In this document: in pieces, positions 1 through 11,400 of the stretch
How the letters are laid out: each line of letters begins with the position of its first letter
Position numbering within the stretch: the first letter of the stretch is position 1
NCBI RefSeq assembly: GCF_000143415.4
Contig: NW_003314261.1
Location: 4,442,691 to 4,506,690, forward strand
DNA: 64,000 nt
Origin: Selaginella moellendorffii
Taxonomy: Eukaryota > Plantae > Lycopodiophyta
Direction of reading: 5' to 3'
Notes under the pieces: model-generated
The model's database searches: none
Told to the model about the DNA's origin: nothing
The model's input: only the letters and a program-made list of their open reading frames with translations
Made by a program: the position numbers and the translations under genes

Positions 1-1407
1 AAAGAGGCCTAATTTAAAACGCTTCAAGGCCATTCACCTTCAAGATAACTTGGTTCCCACAGGGCATATCAAACCAATTTTGAACAGTTGAGGAGTGTGC
101 TCTTTTTAGTGGCCAAAACCAGGTCGTCACCGGGCCAAAGAATAGAATTTTTTATTGAATTTATCTTTGTTGATTGAGTATATTTTTCTTGATTTTTTTT
201 TTTTTTTTGCCAATTGATAGAGGCTCTTGGGACATAAACATTATTAAAATGTAAATGTCATATAATTTAAATTCAGGTCTAGATATTCCCGTGCGCTTTT
301 TTAGTGGTCATTGGGTCAAAGAGTTTTTTTTTTTTTTTTTACTGAGTATATTTGTCATTACCAAGTACAATTTTTCAGCCACTCTAGTGTGTTTAACTAT
401 AAGTATATTATTCTTCCTTGCAATATATTATGTGCAAATTATTATGAATAATTGTTTGATGGGGCCCCAACAAAATTGGCCAGAAAAAAGGGTTCCTCAT
501 AGCTGTTGAGGATGCTTCTCAATCTGCTTCTTCCACCGTACCTGCTTACACCCTCTCGTGATTCCAGCATTATTTTCAGCCTTCTTATTCTGTTCCAGCA
601 CAGCATCCACCAAATTCACCTCTGTCCACATCCTCCACATTCATGTGTAAGTCCAAGGTAAGGACCTGTGTTATGTCAGTTAGGCCATAATCAGCCTGCT
701 TCACTTTCACCTAGCCACCTTCCCATTCTCATCAATGTAGAATTGGTCCACCCCTCATGTAACCATTGTGAATCTTCTTTTTGCCCCCTGTAAATCTGTA
801 AGAGTCATATTTTTTAGATATTCACTTAAAATATTTTGTTCCCTATTTTCCTTTACTTTGTTTAAAATAAAATAATGTTTTTTAAACCTTTATAAATTAT
901 AATTTAAAAAGCTGTAAATGAGGAAAGTTGGTTATGAAAGTTGAGTAGTCTGCATTCAAAGGGGTGGGCAAATTGGTTGCTAAATCCACTTTCAAACTCG
1001 GCAGCCAGCCCTAACCTTAAAGAAACTAAATTTAATGGTTGGGTCAACCATTAAATTGTGGAAACTCGAGTCTGGAACTGTTAACATGAGCCGGAACATT
1101 AGCAAGCCAATTATGGATGTATGTATACTTTGAAAACTCAAAATTTTGATCCATCCTTGTCGATCATCACCACTGAGTAGAGTTCCAAGGCGTCAGATTC
1201 TCAACTTGAATTTCAGGCTGCCATATTCAAAATATTAAAAGATGTTCTTTGCTGCAATCCAATCCCGAAGTTTCCTAGAACATGCTAACATTGTCGAAGT
1301 CAAAGAAATACCTGTGCTGACGTGCGAAAACGTCCTCTTGCCGCTGCTCCGTAGCGTACACGCGGAGAACTCCCAAGACTATTTACACACAGGCGTTCGA
1401 TCCCAAA

Positions 1408-2826
1408 TTGAAGATGAAAATGAGGGGTTTTCAGAATGGCCTCATCTCCCTGACATTGCTCCTGCTGTCATTCTGCTTCCAGTGTCATGCCAATCGTCCT
1501 GTCTTCGCTCACTACATGCTCTACGCTCCTTCAGGTCCCGATAATCTGGATGGCTACAAGGCCGAGATTCAGTACGCCAAGTCCAAGGGGATTGATGCAT
1601 TTGCGCTCAACACAAATAGCTGGGAGGACGTGTACAAGACCCGCGCTGACGGGATCTACCAGGCTGCCGACGAGCTTGGCTTCAAAATCTTCTTCTCGCT
1701 CGACATGCACAGGGACAACACGCACCTCACTGCGGAGAATGTCAAAGAGATGATTACCCGCTACTCGAGCAGGGCCAGCCAGTACTCCTATAACGGTAAG
1801 CAGTTTGTATCTACTTGGCTCGGCAACGAGGACACTGTGTTTGATGGCTACTCCAACGCGCTTGAGGGCTGGAACAAGGCGGTGTTCGATCAGATTGGTG
1901 GACGTGACAAGTACTACTTTGTAACTTTCTTTCCAACCGGCGGTACCGAGCAGGAGGTGACCAGCATGATCAATAAGTTCAACTCGCTGATCGATGGTCT
2001 TTATGCCTGGGATACTTCGGCTTGGCCTTATTCCAGCGCGGACAACTTCAATTCTCCTTCCAACGATAAAGATCAAGCGTATCTTCGAGCTTGCAAGAAC
2101 GCTGGGAAGTCGTATATGGCGAGCGTCAGCCCCTGGTTCTTCAAGCACGACGGATGCTGCAACGATGTCTGTACAACTCCGAAGGACCAGACCAGCTGTG
2201 GATGCCAGGTGAAGGGGAACTATCAGGGATCCGGTCTCTGGATAAAACGGTGGGAGCAGATCATAAAAGACCAACCAGATTTTGTAGAAATAGTTACCTG
2301 GAATGACTGGGTCGAGAGGACCTATGTTGCAAAAATGAACAATCCGAATTGGGGACCTCAGCAGTCCAACGACCAGGACTTTCCTCACGAAGCGTTCCTG
2401 GAGCTGGGCTCGTACTACATAAGCTGGTATAAGACCGGGCAGCAGCCTTCAATCACCGATGACTCCGTCTTCATCTTCTACTACTCGCAGAGCGCCAAAG
2501 TCACTGCGACGAACGATCCTTGCAAGCCTCAGAACGCGAATGTGTTGGATGATCGTGTTTATGTGGTCACCAAGCTCAAGTCCCCAGCCAGCGTTGAGGT
2601 GCAGTCAGGAGGTTCAACACAGAGCTTTCCTGTTGAAGCAGGCGTGACGACTGTGTCCATGCCGTTCCAAGAAGGCCAGCAAAGTGCCAAAGTGACGAGG
2701 GATGGCGCACAAATTCTTCAAGTTGTTGGAAGAAAGGGCATCAGCAACAGCTTCTCAACATATGACTATAATGTGTACTCAGGCTTCAGTGCGCTGGTCC
2801 TTCCTGAGTTCCTGACTGCAGCATAA
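1408..2826 (+). CDS. Secreted glycoside hydrolase family 71 (alpha-1,3-glucanase/mutanase), intronless
   Basis: 472-aa ORF with an N-terminal signal peptide. GH71 motifs VFAHYM, GIDAFALN, FKIFFSLD, YNGKQFVSTW, YMASVSPWFF, EIVTWNDWxE and C-terminal YDYNVYSG. Confidence 0.9.
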   Translation: MKMKMRGFQNGLISLTLLLLSFCFQCHANRPVFAHYMLYAPSGPDNLDGYKAEIQYAKSKGIDAFALNTNSWEDVYKTRADGIYQAADELGFKIFFSLDMHRDNTHLTAENVKEMITRYSSRASQYSYNGKQFVSTWLGNEDTVFDGYSNALEGWNKAVFDQIGGRDKYYFVTFFPTGGTEQEVTSMINKFNSLIDGLYAWDTSAWPYSSADNFNSPSNDKDQAYLRACKNAGKSYMASVSPWFFKHDGCCNDVCTTPKDQTSCGCQVKGNYQGSGLWIKRWEQIIKDQPDFVEIVTWNDWVERTYVAKMNNPNWGPQQSNDQDFPHEAFLELGSYYISWYKTGQQPSITDDSVFIFYYSQSAKVTATNDPCKPQNANVLDDRVYVVTKLKSPASVEVQSGGSTQSFPVEAGVTTVSMPFQEGQQSAKVTRDGAQILQVVGRKGISNSFSTYDYNVYSGFSALVLPEFLTAA

Positions 2827-3358
2827 AGATTAAAGTACTGTGAGGCTACTGTGAGAGAAAGCAACTTAAAATTTTGACAAAGACCTGTGCAGTTTCGCGC
2901 GAAAGGGAAACCGCTGAGTTGGTAGAACACAATAGTTAGCTCACAAGCAAAAAAACAGTAGGTAAACATTCCGCACAGAGAAACTTGACTCGATCAAAGG
3001 TGTCAGACACCGATTTGAGATAAAAACAGTTACTCGGGCGCCAAGAACACGAAATGTAAGTATAAGTGATTATGTGAACTTGTAAAAGGAAAAAAGAGCG
3101 AGAGCCAGACCTGGCTTGTTCTTCAAAAAAATAGAGTTGATGTTGGGACCTGTGTGTGATAATAGTACTCTCTAGAGCTTGTGATTCGAGCAGCCAGCGA
3201 CGGAAAGAAACATCCGACGCTTATTCCCGTTGCAATCTACAAAGCCGGAATGATAAGAACAAGAACAAAGAGCACTTTCCCACACTCGTACCTGGTGATC
3301 TAGCTTCGACGTTGGAGGCGCGGATACCACATCCGGAGAAGTTTCTCGCAAACAAAGC
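2789..3358 (+). repeat. ~570-bp direct repeat, copy 1 (copy 2 at 18236-18802)
   Basis: Near-identical from gtgcgctggtccttcctgagttcc to gtttctcgcaaacaaagc in both places. Confidence 0.95.
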
Positions 3359-3420
3359 TTATTTACATTATACGTTGCCCTCTTTTCTGAGCGCACACAG
3401 AGGCATTTTGGAGATTAGAA

Positions 3421-3722
3421 ATGGACGCAGAATGGGAGCACGTCCAGATGCCAAGATGCCAAGGATGGTGCATTAAAACCAGGTTCAATGGATCCAACAA
3501 TGCATGTTGGCACTCCCAGCATTGCCCAGAAGGGGCAACTGCTGGTGCGGAGAAATGTGAGGTCATTGGTGGCGGTCAGAACTATGGGGCAGGGAAGGAG
3601 AGTGTTCACTCTGCATCAGAGAGTAGGATTCCAAAGCTGTGGGTGAAACAGAGTACCGTAGAGGTAAATGTGGCTGTGAGGCAATTCTTTTATGCAAATG
3701 CCCTTCCTTTCAATTCTCCCTT
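3421..3722 (+). mobile_element. Degenerate hAT-family transposase fragment (BED-finger-like start)
   Basis: EWEHV..C..(W)C...F.G...H..HCP followed by AVRQFFYANALPFNSPFF, which resembles the plant hAT/DUF659 motif ARFFYxNxIPFN. The DNA is CpG-poor. Confidence 0.55.
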
Positions 3723-4177
3723 CTTTCCAGTCAAACACAGTTAACTAAAAGTCAAAGAAATTGCGGTGACTAGATTCTACCCAGAGAAAGTTATGTCACC
3801 CATCTCAGTTGTGCGAATCCATATTCTGTTTAGAATTTCGATACTTAGAACTCAGCCTTCTTTGGATGATGTTTGATACAAGACGTCTGAACGTCCTGGA
3901 CCTGTCGCAATATTAACAATGCGTTCTGTCCATTTATAAAAGGAGTGCTTGCATTTATAGAGATCCCAATTGCAAGTCTCAAGTAAAGCACACCGGCTAC
4001 TTGTTTCTCTAACCATATAAATGGGGTTTCTCATGCCAGTCAAACTGCATACATCTGAGTTTCGCAGTCTTTTGTTTTCTAGAGAAGAACGTTTCTTAGT
4101 GGGTGGCTACTGACTCTTGCTCGCATATTTGTACCATTTTCTCTTTTCCTTCTACATACTATCCTCCTCCTTTGGTC

Positions 4178-5294
4178 ATGGCTAGCAAGAATGATTCAAG
4201 TCTGACCAATGAAAGTGTTCTGGCCACTGCCAGTGGTGGGCGGGCTCTCCGTGGTTTCAAAGTGAGTGGCAAAGAGCCTGGGCCAGTGCTTAGCACGCAC
4301 GTCCTTCAGGTCCCCAGCAATCAGGGGCCCGGTGGATCCACAGAAGACCGAGACGTTGAAGTTCTCCAGCATTGAGGATTACAATACATTTCAAGAGAAG
4401 CTCAGCACTCAAGGATGGACTCTTGCGACAAAGGTCGGGGTGAGTTTGGGTAAATTGACCATGAAGCTGCAGGGTGATTACTCCGAAGAGGAGAAGGAGA
4501 AACACAAGAAAGAAATGCACAAAAAAGTTCGCACGGTCATCGTCACCGAGTCTTTGTATGTCCCCATGAAGTGCTTTCAGATCCCTCAACTCCAAATGAC
4601 CCTGACTGATGAAGCCAAGGCAGATGCTCGACGTGTTACCAGCGCTACTGAGGCGACAACTTTCTTGGAGAAATACAGCTCTCATGTGTATGCCGGTTTG
4701 TACCATGTTGGTGGCGTGCTCTTTAGGGAGGTGAACGTCACCAGCAGCCATGAGACCAATGCATGCTTGCTGATGCGCAGAGGATTATGCAAGCTGGAAA
4801 TCTCAGGTGAAGTTAGTTACAGCTCGCCATTTTTCGATGGCAAAGCTGAGGGTACGTTTTCACAATTCTCTGATACCGAGTCCTACGAGTTTGCCAACTC
4901 AAGCCTTCAGTTTGAAACATCGAAAGTAACAGTCCGTGTTTGGGGAGCAACATCAGTCGAGGCCAAGGACGAATTTCTGAAGAAGCTGGATGCTGATCAT
5001 GCTGCATGGGCCTTCATTGACAAGGATATCGACCAGCTGAAAGATCTGGTGGGTATTTGGGAGCTCATGGCAATCGACAGAGATCTGAAGAAGCCCGCAC
5101 TGGAGATTTGCAAACAATGGCACACAACATCAAGTGGAGAAGTTGCAGAACTTGCATCGTCAAAAACTGACGAGGACAAAAACAGAAGCAAATGGTTGAA
5201 GTCACTATTGGATAGGGGTAAGGCTTTTCAGGATGCTATACAGAAAGAAATCAACCAATCGAACTCCGGTACAGGAGATAACAAACCAAAGTAA
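4178..5294 (+). pseudogene. Frameshifted copy of the GVIN-N/MACPF-like gene
   Basis: An 8-bp deletion at ~4318 between gcaat microhomologies (cagcaatatagcaatcagg in copy 2 versus cagcaatcagg here) shifts the frame. Confidence 0.85.
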
Positions 5295-6754
5295 ACAAGA
5301 AAAAAGAAAAAAAGAAAAAAGTATTATAATATATAATATAGGGAGTGTACAAAATGCAGCTTCTTGAGACTACTGGACAGAGAAATTGGGGGCAACTCTG
5401 GATGCCTCCATGCGTAGATCTCGAGCAGCTGGTTTTCTGGTGTGGAAGCCATCGCCGGAAAGAGAGAAATGCATGGCAAATTTTCTTGCATCAACCTCGC
5501 CCACAGTGCATGGCGAATGAGACACACCTAAAACGTTGCCAAGCAAAAATTTGACCTGATCACTCCAACAGCAACATCGAGACCTGGTGGCGGCAGTAGA
5601 CGACCCTTTGGCCACCCTCGTTGGGTGAACCCCCTCTCAGATTGCAAAGGAGCTGGCAGATGATGCAATCAACGGGCGCCGAAGGCCCGCATTGCTCTTG
5701 GGTCCGCAACTCTGGCCCAGAGAAATAACATCGACCTGAACGCATCCCACAAAAGAATATCGGTCGTTACTTTAGACTTATCTTAGAATGATCATTCCTT
5801 GCGCCGAATAAGCCCGTAAAGATCTATTTGATGTAGAGCTTGCTCATTCGATCTATAATCTTCAGAAAGGAAACAACAAAATTCAAAACAAAGACGCCTC
5901 CTCCTCTACGTGGACGGAGCGCAGCACACGGAATGCAAGGCTCATCGGAAGATAGCTTGAAAGATCACAGAGCTGGTCCAAGAATTCAGTTGCTACGATT
6001 ACAAAACAAAACAGTGAGATTGCCAGAGGCAAGACAATAACAAATAAGAAAAACGTGGCTCCATCAGATGACAAACTCATTGTGGTGACGCAGAATGTTT
6101 CCATCATCGCGTTGATTGACATCTCGATGTTCTCCAGAATCCAGGCCTCAATCATTTGCTCGGAATGTTTCTGAGCAATCATCTTTTGATCAGATCTGCG
6201 CTCGAAGCGCTTAATCCACAGCAGCATGCAAGCGCACAGGAAAAAAAAATGCGACATAAGCAGCGAACGTTATTGTTAAAGCCTCTGGGACGTCATGAGA
6301 GCAACGTACAAGTATGGAACGAGTGCCCAGGTAGAATCGCCAGCTCCTCCCAAGTTCAAGAAAATGGACTGGACGACCTTTGAGTCCTGGTCTTTGCTTG
6401 CTCCAAACTGGCACGCTAGCATCTTCACCTTTGAGACTGCAGAAAAGATGGCGGTGCATGCATTGCAAAGTCCGAGACGAGTGAAGAGCACTTGATACGA
6501 GGACTTGCGAGGCGGCTACAGCGAGGAGGCATCGGAAGCTCAAGATATGGCCGACTTGGAGCGAGAAGTTCATAAGTGTCTCAAGCTCGGTCAAGCTCTT
6601 CAGCGCAGCGTCGCGGTCCCTTTTGCTGTGGAGATTGGAGGCAAGTTCTTTATTGGAGCCTAGGTGCAATTCAATAGCACCGCAAGAGATTGTTGTCCAG
6701 CTCTAAGTTCCACTTATTTCAATCTTCTTAACTTGGAAACAAAGCCTTCGAGCT

Positions 6755-8220
6755 TCAGGGATCATAGACATAAGCATGGAGAGTGAGCCACCTCTCCTCT
6801 CCCTCACATGACTCCAAGAGCTTATCTCGACCACATTCGTGGGCCGCCTGGTAGAGCTCGGCATGGCTACCCTCGAGAAGACTCTCCACGCTGTCCGAGA
6901 ATATCACACCTCCTGTGTCGCGCGTAAGCCTCCCAGCCTCCAGCAGTGCACGCCTCGCCAGCTTGTCTCCCACCTCCATGTCTGTCTTGCTCGCCGCGAG
7001 TCTCTCCTCCAATTTCTCGAGCGCTTGCTCCCCCACGCGGACTTCTTCCTCCAGCTCGGAAACTCTCTGATGAAGAGCCTCCAGATCGACCGGCGTTGGA
7101 TCCTCTACGACCGGTGGATGGTCGTGTGCCTTGGTGACCAGCTCCAAGACCCTCTCCTCGCATTCCTGGTCGATCTTTGCAAGCGCGAGCTGCCTCTCCG
7201 CCTTGGCAAGATCCTTGGCCAGGAAGTGCTGCTTGGTCGTGACAAGAAGGACGTTTCGATCATCCAGCTCCCACTTCCCTGCAGCGCAAGCAAACGCGTG
7301 CAAGTCATCCGGAGAAACCAGCACCTTGGAAGCGATCGCCGGCAGCCTCGAGGCATTTCTCCCGATTGCTGTCCTCGATGCCAAGATCGACCGCCAGCGC
7401 CGGATCCACATACTGCACCTTGTACATGGCGCCATCGAAGACGAATTCCATCGTGAGAGCCGAATCGCCAAATGCCGCTGTGACGACCACCATCTCGGCG
7501 AGAGCCCAATCTATCAAAACCATGGAAGTTTAGACACGATATAAAAGAAAGCTCCCGGCGGATATCAGGAAGATCGATCTGCCTGGGAAAGATAGAAATC
7601 TGTGAGAACGCAAGCTCAAGCATCCACATCTCCAAAGATCACAGACGATGGCCGTTGCTCGTAGAGGGTGGTAAAGAGCTCGCTCCACACGTGTTGTCCA
7701 CAAACCGCCCCGGCCTCGTCCACGATCGGGAACTCCTTGACCGCGTCGTGAAGATCTTGCACGTCCTTGCCGCTCTGGCACAGGAACTCCAGCGATCGAT
7801 CGTCCAGGCCAATGCGATCGCGCTGCTGGCGTCCCATTGCCTCGCGGAAGAAGTAGTCCCAGCTCATTCCTCGAGTGTAAGGCTTGCCGCTCTTCTCCAC
7901 CGCCTTGTTCCTCGCCATCTCCAGAAGTATCCGCCTCCTCACTAGCCGTGCGCGCTTCACATAGGCCTCCATTCCGCCCAGCGCGAGCTCCTTGTCCGTG
8001 CGATCCACATCGATCTGGGCCTTCTGCGCTTCCAGCCGGGCCACCAACTCCTCGAGATCCTGTGCGCTAGCTCCCTCTTCCTTGCCATGGATCGCCTGGC
8101 CTTGGCGCTCGGGTGCTTCTTGGTGCTTGGCATTATCTTTCCCCAAGACCACCACCGTGAATCTCTCGGGCAGCGGGCGATCGTGATCTTGGAGATCGAG
8201 CATCCGGAATCTTGCCGACA
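6755..8220 (-). pseudogene. Degenerate copy of orphan coiled-coil gene 11613-13341
   Basis: 5-bp deletion at ~7340, lost splice acceptor, internal deletions, and a 5' end replaced by a PPR fragment. Confidence 0.8.
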
Positions 8221-8392
8221 AGTGGACCAGGAGATTTCCCAGGAATCGATCGTCACGGAGCTGTGCCGAGGAGGATATCTGCGAATGCAGCTGGATTCCC
8301 CGCGCGAGATCCCTGGAATTGGCACACGAGCGCAGGAGTGAGGCGTAGCGCTCTCGGATCTCGTCTAGAGTCTCGCCCCCATGAGAAATCAT
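8221..8392 (-). pseudogene. N-terminal PPR gene fragment fused at the duplication junction
   Basis: YASLLRSCANSRDLARGIQLHSQI...DRFLGNLLV matches the PPR N-terminus, compare 16163 ORF FITILQSCSRRRDLPQGQRVHAQI...LLANLLI. Confidence 0.8.
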
Positions 8393-8423
8393 GGACCGAG
8401 GAAACCGCGATTTTTAGGCTTCT

Positions 8424-11400
8424 TTCTTTCCAGTCAAATACGGTCAACTAAAACTCAAAGATATTCTGTTGACTAACTTCTAACTATGCCAATCTCAGTT
8501 GTGCGAATCCATATGCTATTTAAAATCTCGATACTTAGAGCTCAGCCTTCTTTGGATGATGTTTGATACAAGACACCTGGCACACTTCTATCTCACAACT
8601 CTCATCAGCAATTTCAACAAGTCTGAACGTCTTGGACCTGTCGCAATATTAACAATCCGTTCTGTCCATTTATAAAAGGAGATTCTATGCTTGCTTGCAT
8701 TTCTAGAGATCCCAATTGCAAGTCTCAAGTAAAGCACACCGGCTACTTGTTTCTCTAACCATATAAATGGGGTTTCTCATGCCAGTCAAACTGCATACAT
8801 CTGAGTTTCGCAGTCTTCTGTCTTCTAGAGAACAACATTTCTTAGTGGGTGGCTACTGACTCTTGCTCGCATATTTGTACCATTTTCTCTTTTCCTTCTA
8901 CATACTATCCTCCTCCTTTGGTCATGGCTAGCGAGAATGATTCAAGTCTGACCAATGAAAGTGTTCTGGCCACTGCCAGTGGTGGGCGGGCTCTCCGTGG
9001 TTTCAAAGTGAGTGGCAAAGAGCCTGGGCCAGTGCTTAGCACGCACGTCCTTCAGGTCCCCAGCAATATAGCAATCAGGGGGCCGGTGGATCCACAGAAG
9101 ACCGAGACGTTGAAGTTCTCCAGCATTGAGGATTACAATACATTTCAAGAGAAGCTCGGCACTCAAGGATGGACTCTTGCGACAAAGGTCGGGGTGAGTT
9201 TGGGTAAATTGACCATGAAGCTGCAGGGTGATTACTCCGAAGAGGAGAAGGAGAAACACAAGAAAGAAATGCACAAAAAAGTTCGCACGGTCATCGTCAC
9301 TGAGTCTTTGTATGTCCCCATGAAGTGCTTTCAGATCCCTCAACTCCAAATGACCCTGACTGATGAAGCCAAGGCAGATGCTCGACGTGTTACCGGCGCT
9401 ACTGAGGCGACATCTTTCTTGGAGAAATACAGCTCTCATGTGTATGCCGGTTTGTACCATGTTGGTGGCGTGCTCTTTAGGGAGGTGAACGTCACCAGCA
9501 GCCATGAGACCAATGCATGCTTGCTGATGCGCAGAGGATTACGCAAGCTGGAAATCTCAGCTGAAGCTAGTTACAGCTCGCCATTTTTCGATGGCAAAGC
9601 TGAGGGTAAGTTTTCACAAATCTCTGATACCGAGTCCTACGAGTTTGCCAACTCGAGCCTTCAGTTTGAAACATCGAAAGTAACAGTCCGTGTTTGGGGA
9701 GCAACATCAGTCGAGGCCAAGGACGAATTTCTGAAGAAGCTGGATGCTGATCATGCTGCATGGGCCATCATTGACAAGGATATCGACCAGCTGAAAGATC
9801 TGGTGGGTATTTGGGAGCTCATGGCAATCGACAGAGATCTGAAGAAGCCCGCATTGGAGATCTGCAAACAATGGCACACAACATCAAGTGGAGAAGTTGC
9901 AGAACTTGCATCTTCAAAAAGTGACGAGGACAAAAACAGAAGCAAATGGTTGCAGTCACTATTGGATAGGGGCAAGGCTTTTCAGGATACTATACAGAAA
10001 GAAATCAACCAGTCGAACTCCAGTACAGGAGATAACAAGTAAACATTAACACAAAAAGGCAAAAAGGTAAAAGAAAAAAGAAAAAATATATAAAAGAAAA
10101 AGAGAAAAAGAAAGAAAGTAATAACTATATAAACCAATATTTAAATATAATATATGAATGTATAAAATGCTGAGACTACTGGACAGAGAAAATTGGGGGC
10201 AACTCTGGACGCCTCCATGCGTAAATGTCAGGCTTTTCTTGTTTGGAAGCCATCGCCAGAAAGAGAGAGATGCATGGCAAAATTTCTTTCATCAACCTCG
10301 CCCACAGTAAAAAGTTGCCAAAAGCAAAAATTTGACCTGATCACTCCAACAGCAACATCGAAACCTGGTGGCGGCAGCAGACGAGCCTTTGCTCACCCTC
10401 GTTGGTTACCGTTTCCTATTGCAAAGGAGCTGGTAGATGATGCAATCAACGGGCGTCGCCTGAGGCACGTATTGCTCTTTGGAGGTCCGGAACTCTGGCC
10501 CAGAGAAACAACACCAGAACGCATACAATGAGTATCCCTAGAAAATTCCCGATCAAGTCCAAGTCAACGGTCGTAAAGATCGATTTGATGTAGAGATTGC
10601 TCATCTGATCTATAATCATTCAAAACAAAAGACGCACGAAGTCGCAGATCTTTCGCCGAGCCTTGCATTCCGCGCCCGTTGTTTTGAATGCGCAAGGCTC
10701 GGGGAAAGATGATCCGCAGATCATCGGGCGTGGAATGCAAGGCTCATCGGCAGATAGCTTGAAAGATCACAGAGCTGGTCCAAGAATATCAGTTGCTACG
10801 ATTACAAAACAAAACAGTGAGATTGCCAGAGGCAAGAAAATAACAAATAAGAAAAACATGGCTACAGAATGTTTTCATCATCGCCTTGGTTGACATCTCG
10901 ATGTTCTCCAGAGTCAATCATTTGCTCGGGATGTTTCTGAGCAATCATCTTCTGCCCAGATCTGCGCTCGAAGCGTTTAATCCACATATCTGACGTAGAT
11001 CTATGTCTGATATATCTACAGCAGAAACAAGCGACAGGAAAAAAAATTACGACATACCTCACTAAGCAGTGAATGTTATTGTTGAAGCCTCCGGCATGCA
11101 TGTCGTCCTAGACGCTAGACGTCATGAGAGTCCCATAAAGACTCTGGAGAACTTGCCACCAGACTCCACAGCAAAAGGGACCGAGATGCTGCGCTGAAGA
11201 GCTTGACCGAGTTTGAGACGCTCATGAACTTCTCGCTCCAAGCCGGCCATATCTTGAGCTTCCAATGCCTCCTCGCCGAAGCGGCCTCGCAAGTCCTCGA
11301 ATCAAGCGCACCTTTGCTGGCTTCACTCGTCTCGGACTTTGCAAGGCGCGCACCGCCATCTTTTCCGGAGAAGCCAGCAGTATCAAAGGTGAAGATGCTA

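Larger units (their letters stand above)
3721..8220 (+). repeat. Tandem segmental duplication, unit 1 (degenerate)
   Basis: Colinear with 8424-13217 from ttctttccagtcaaa to ggaatcttgccgaca. Confidence 0.95.

Noticed and set aside
1-1000. Classifiable transposon at the window start
   Set aside because: The region is AT-rich and CpG-poor, but I could identify no termini or coding motif.
4266-5294. 342-aa ORF as an independent intact gene
   Set aside because: It starts at GTG in a frameshifted copy of 8924-10042.
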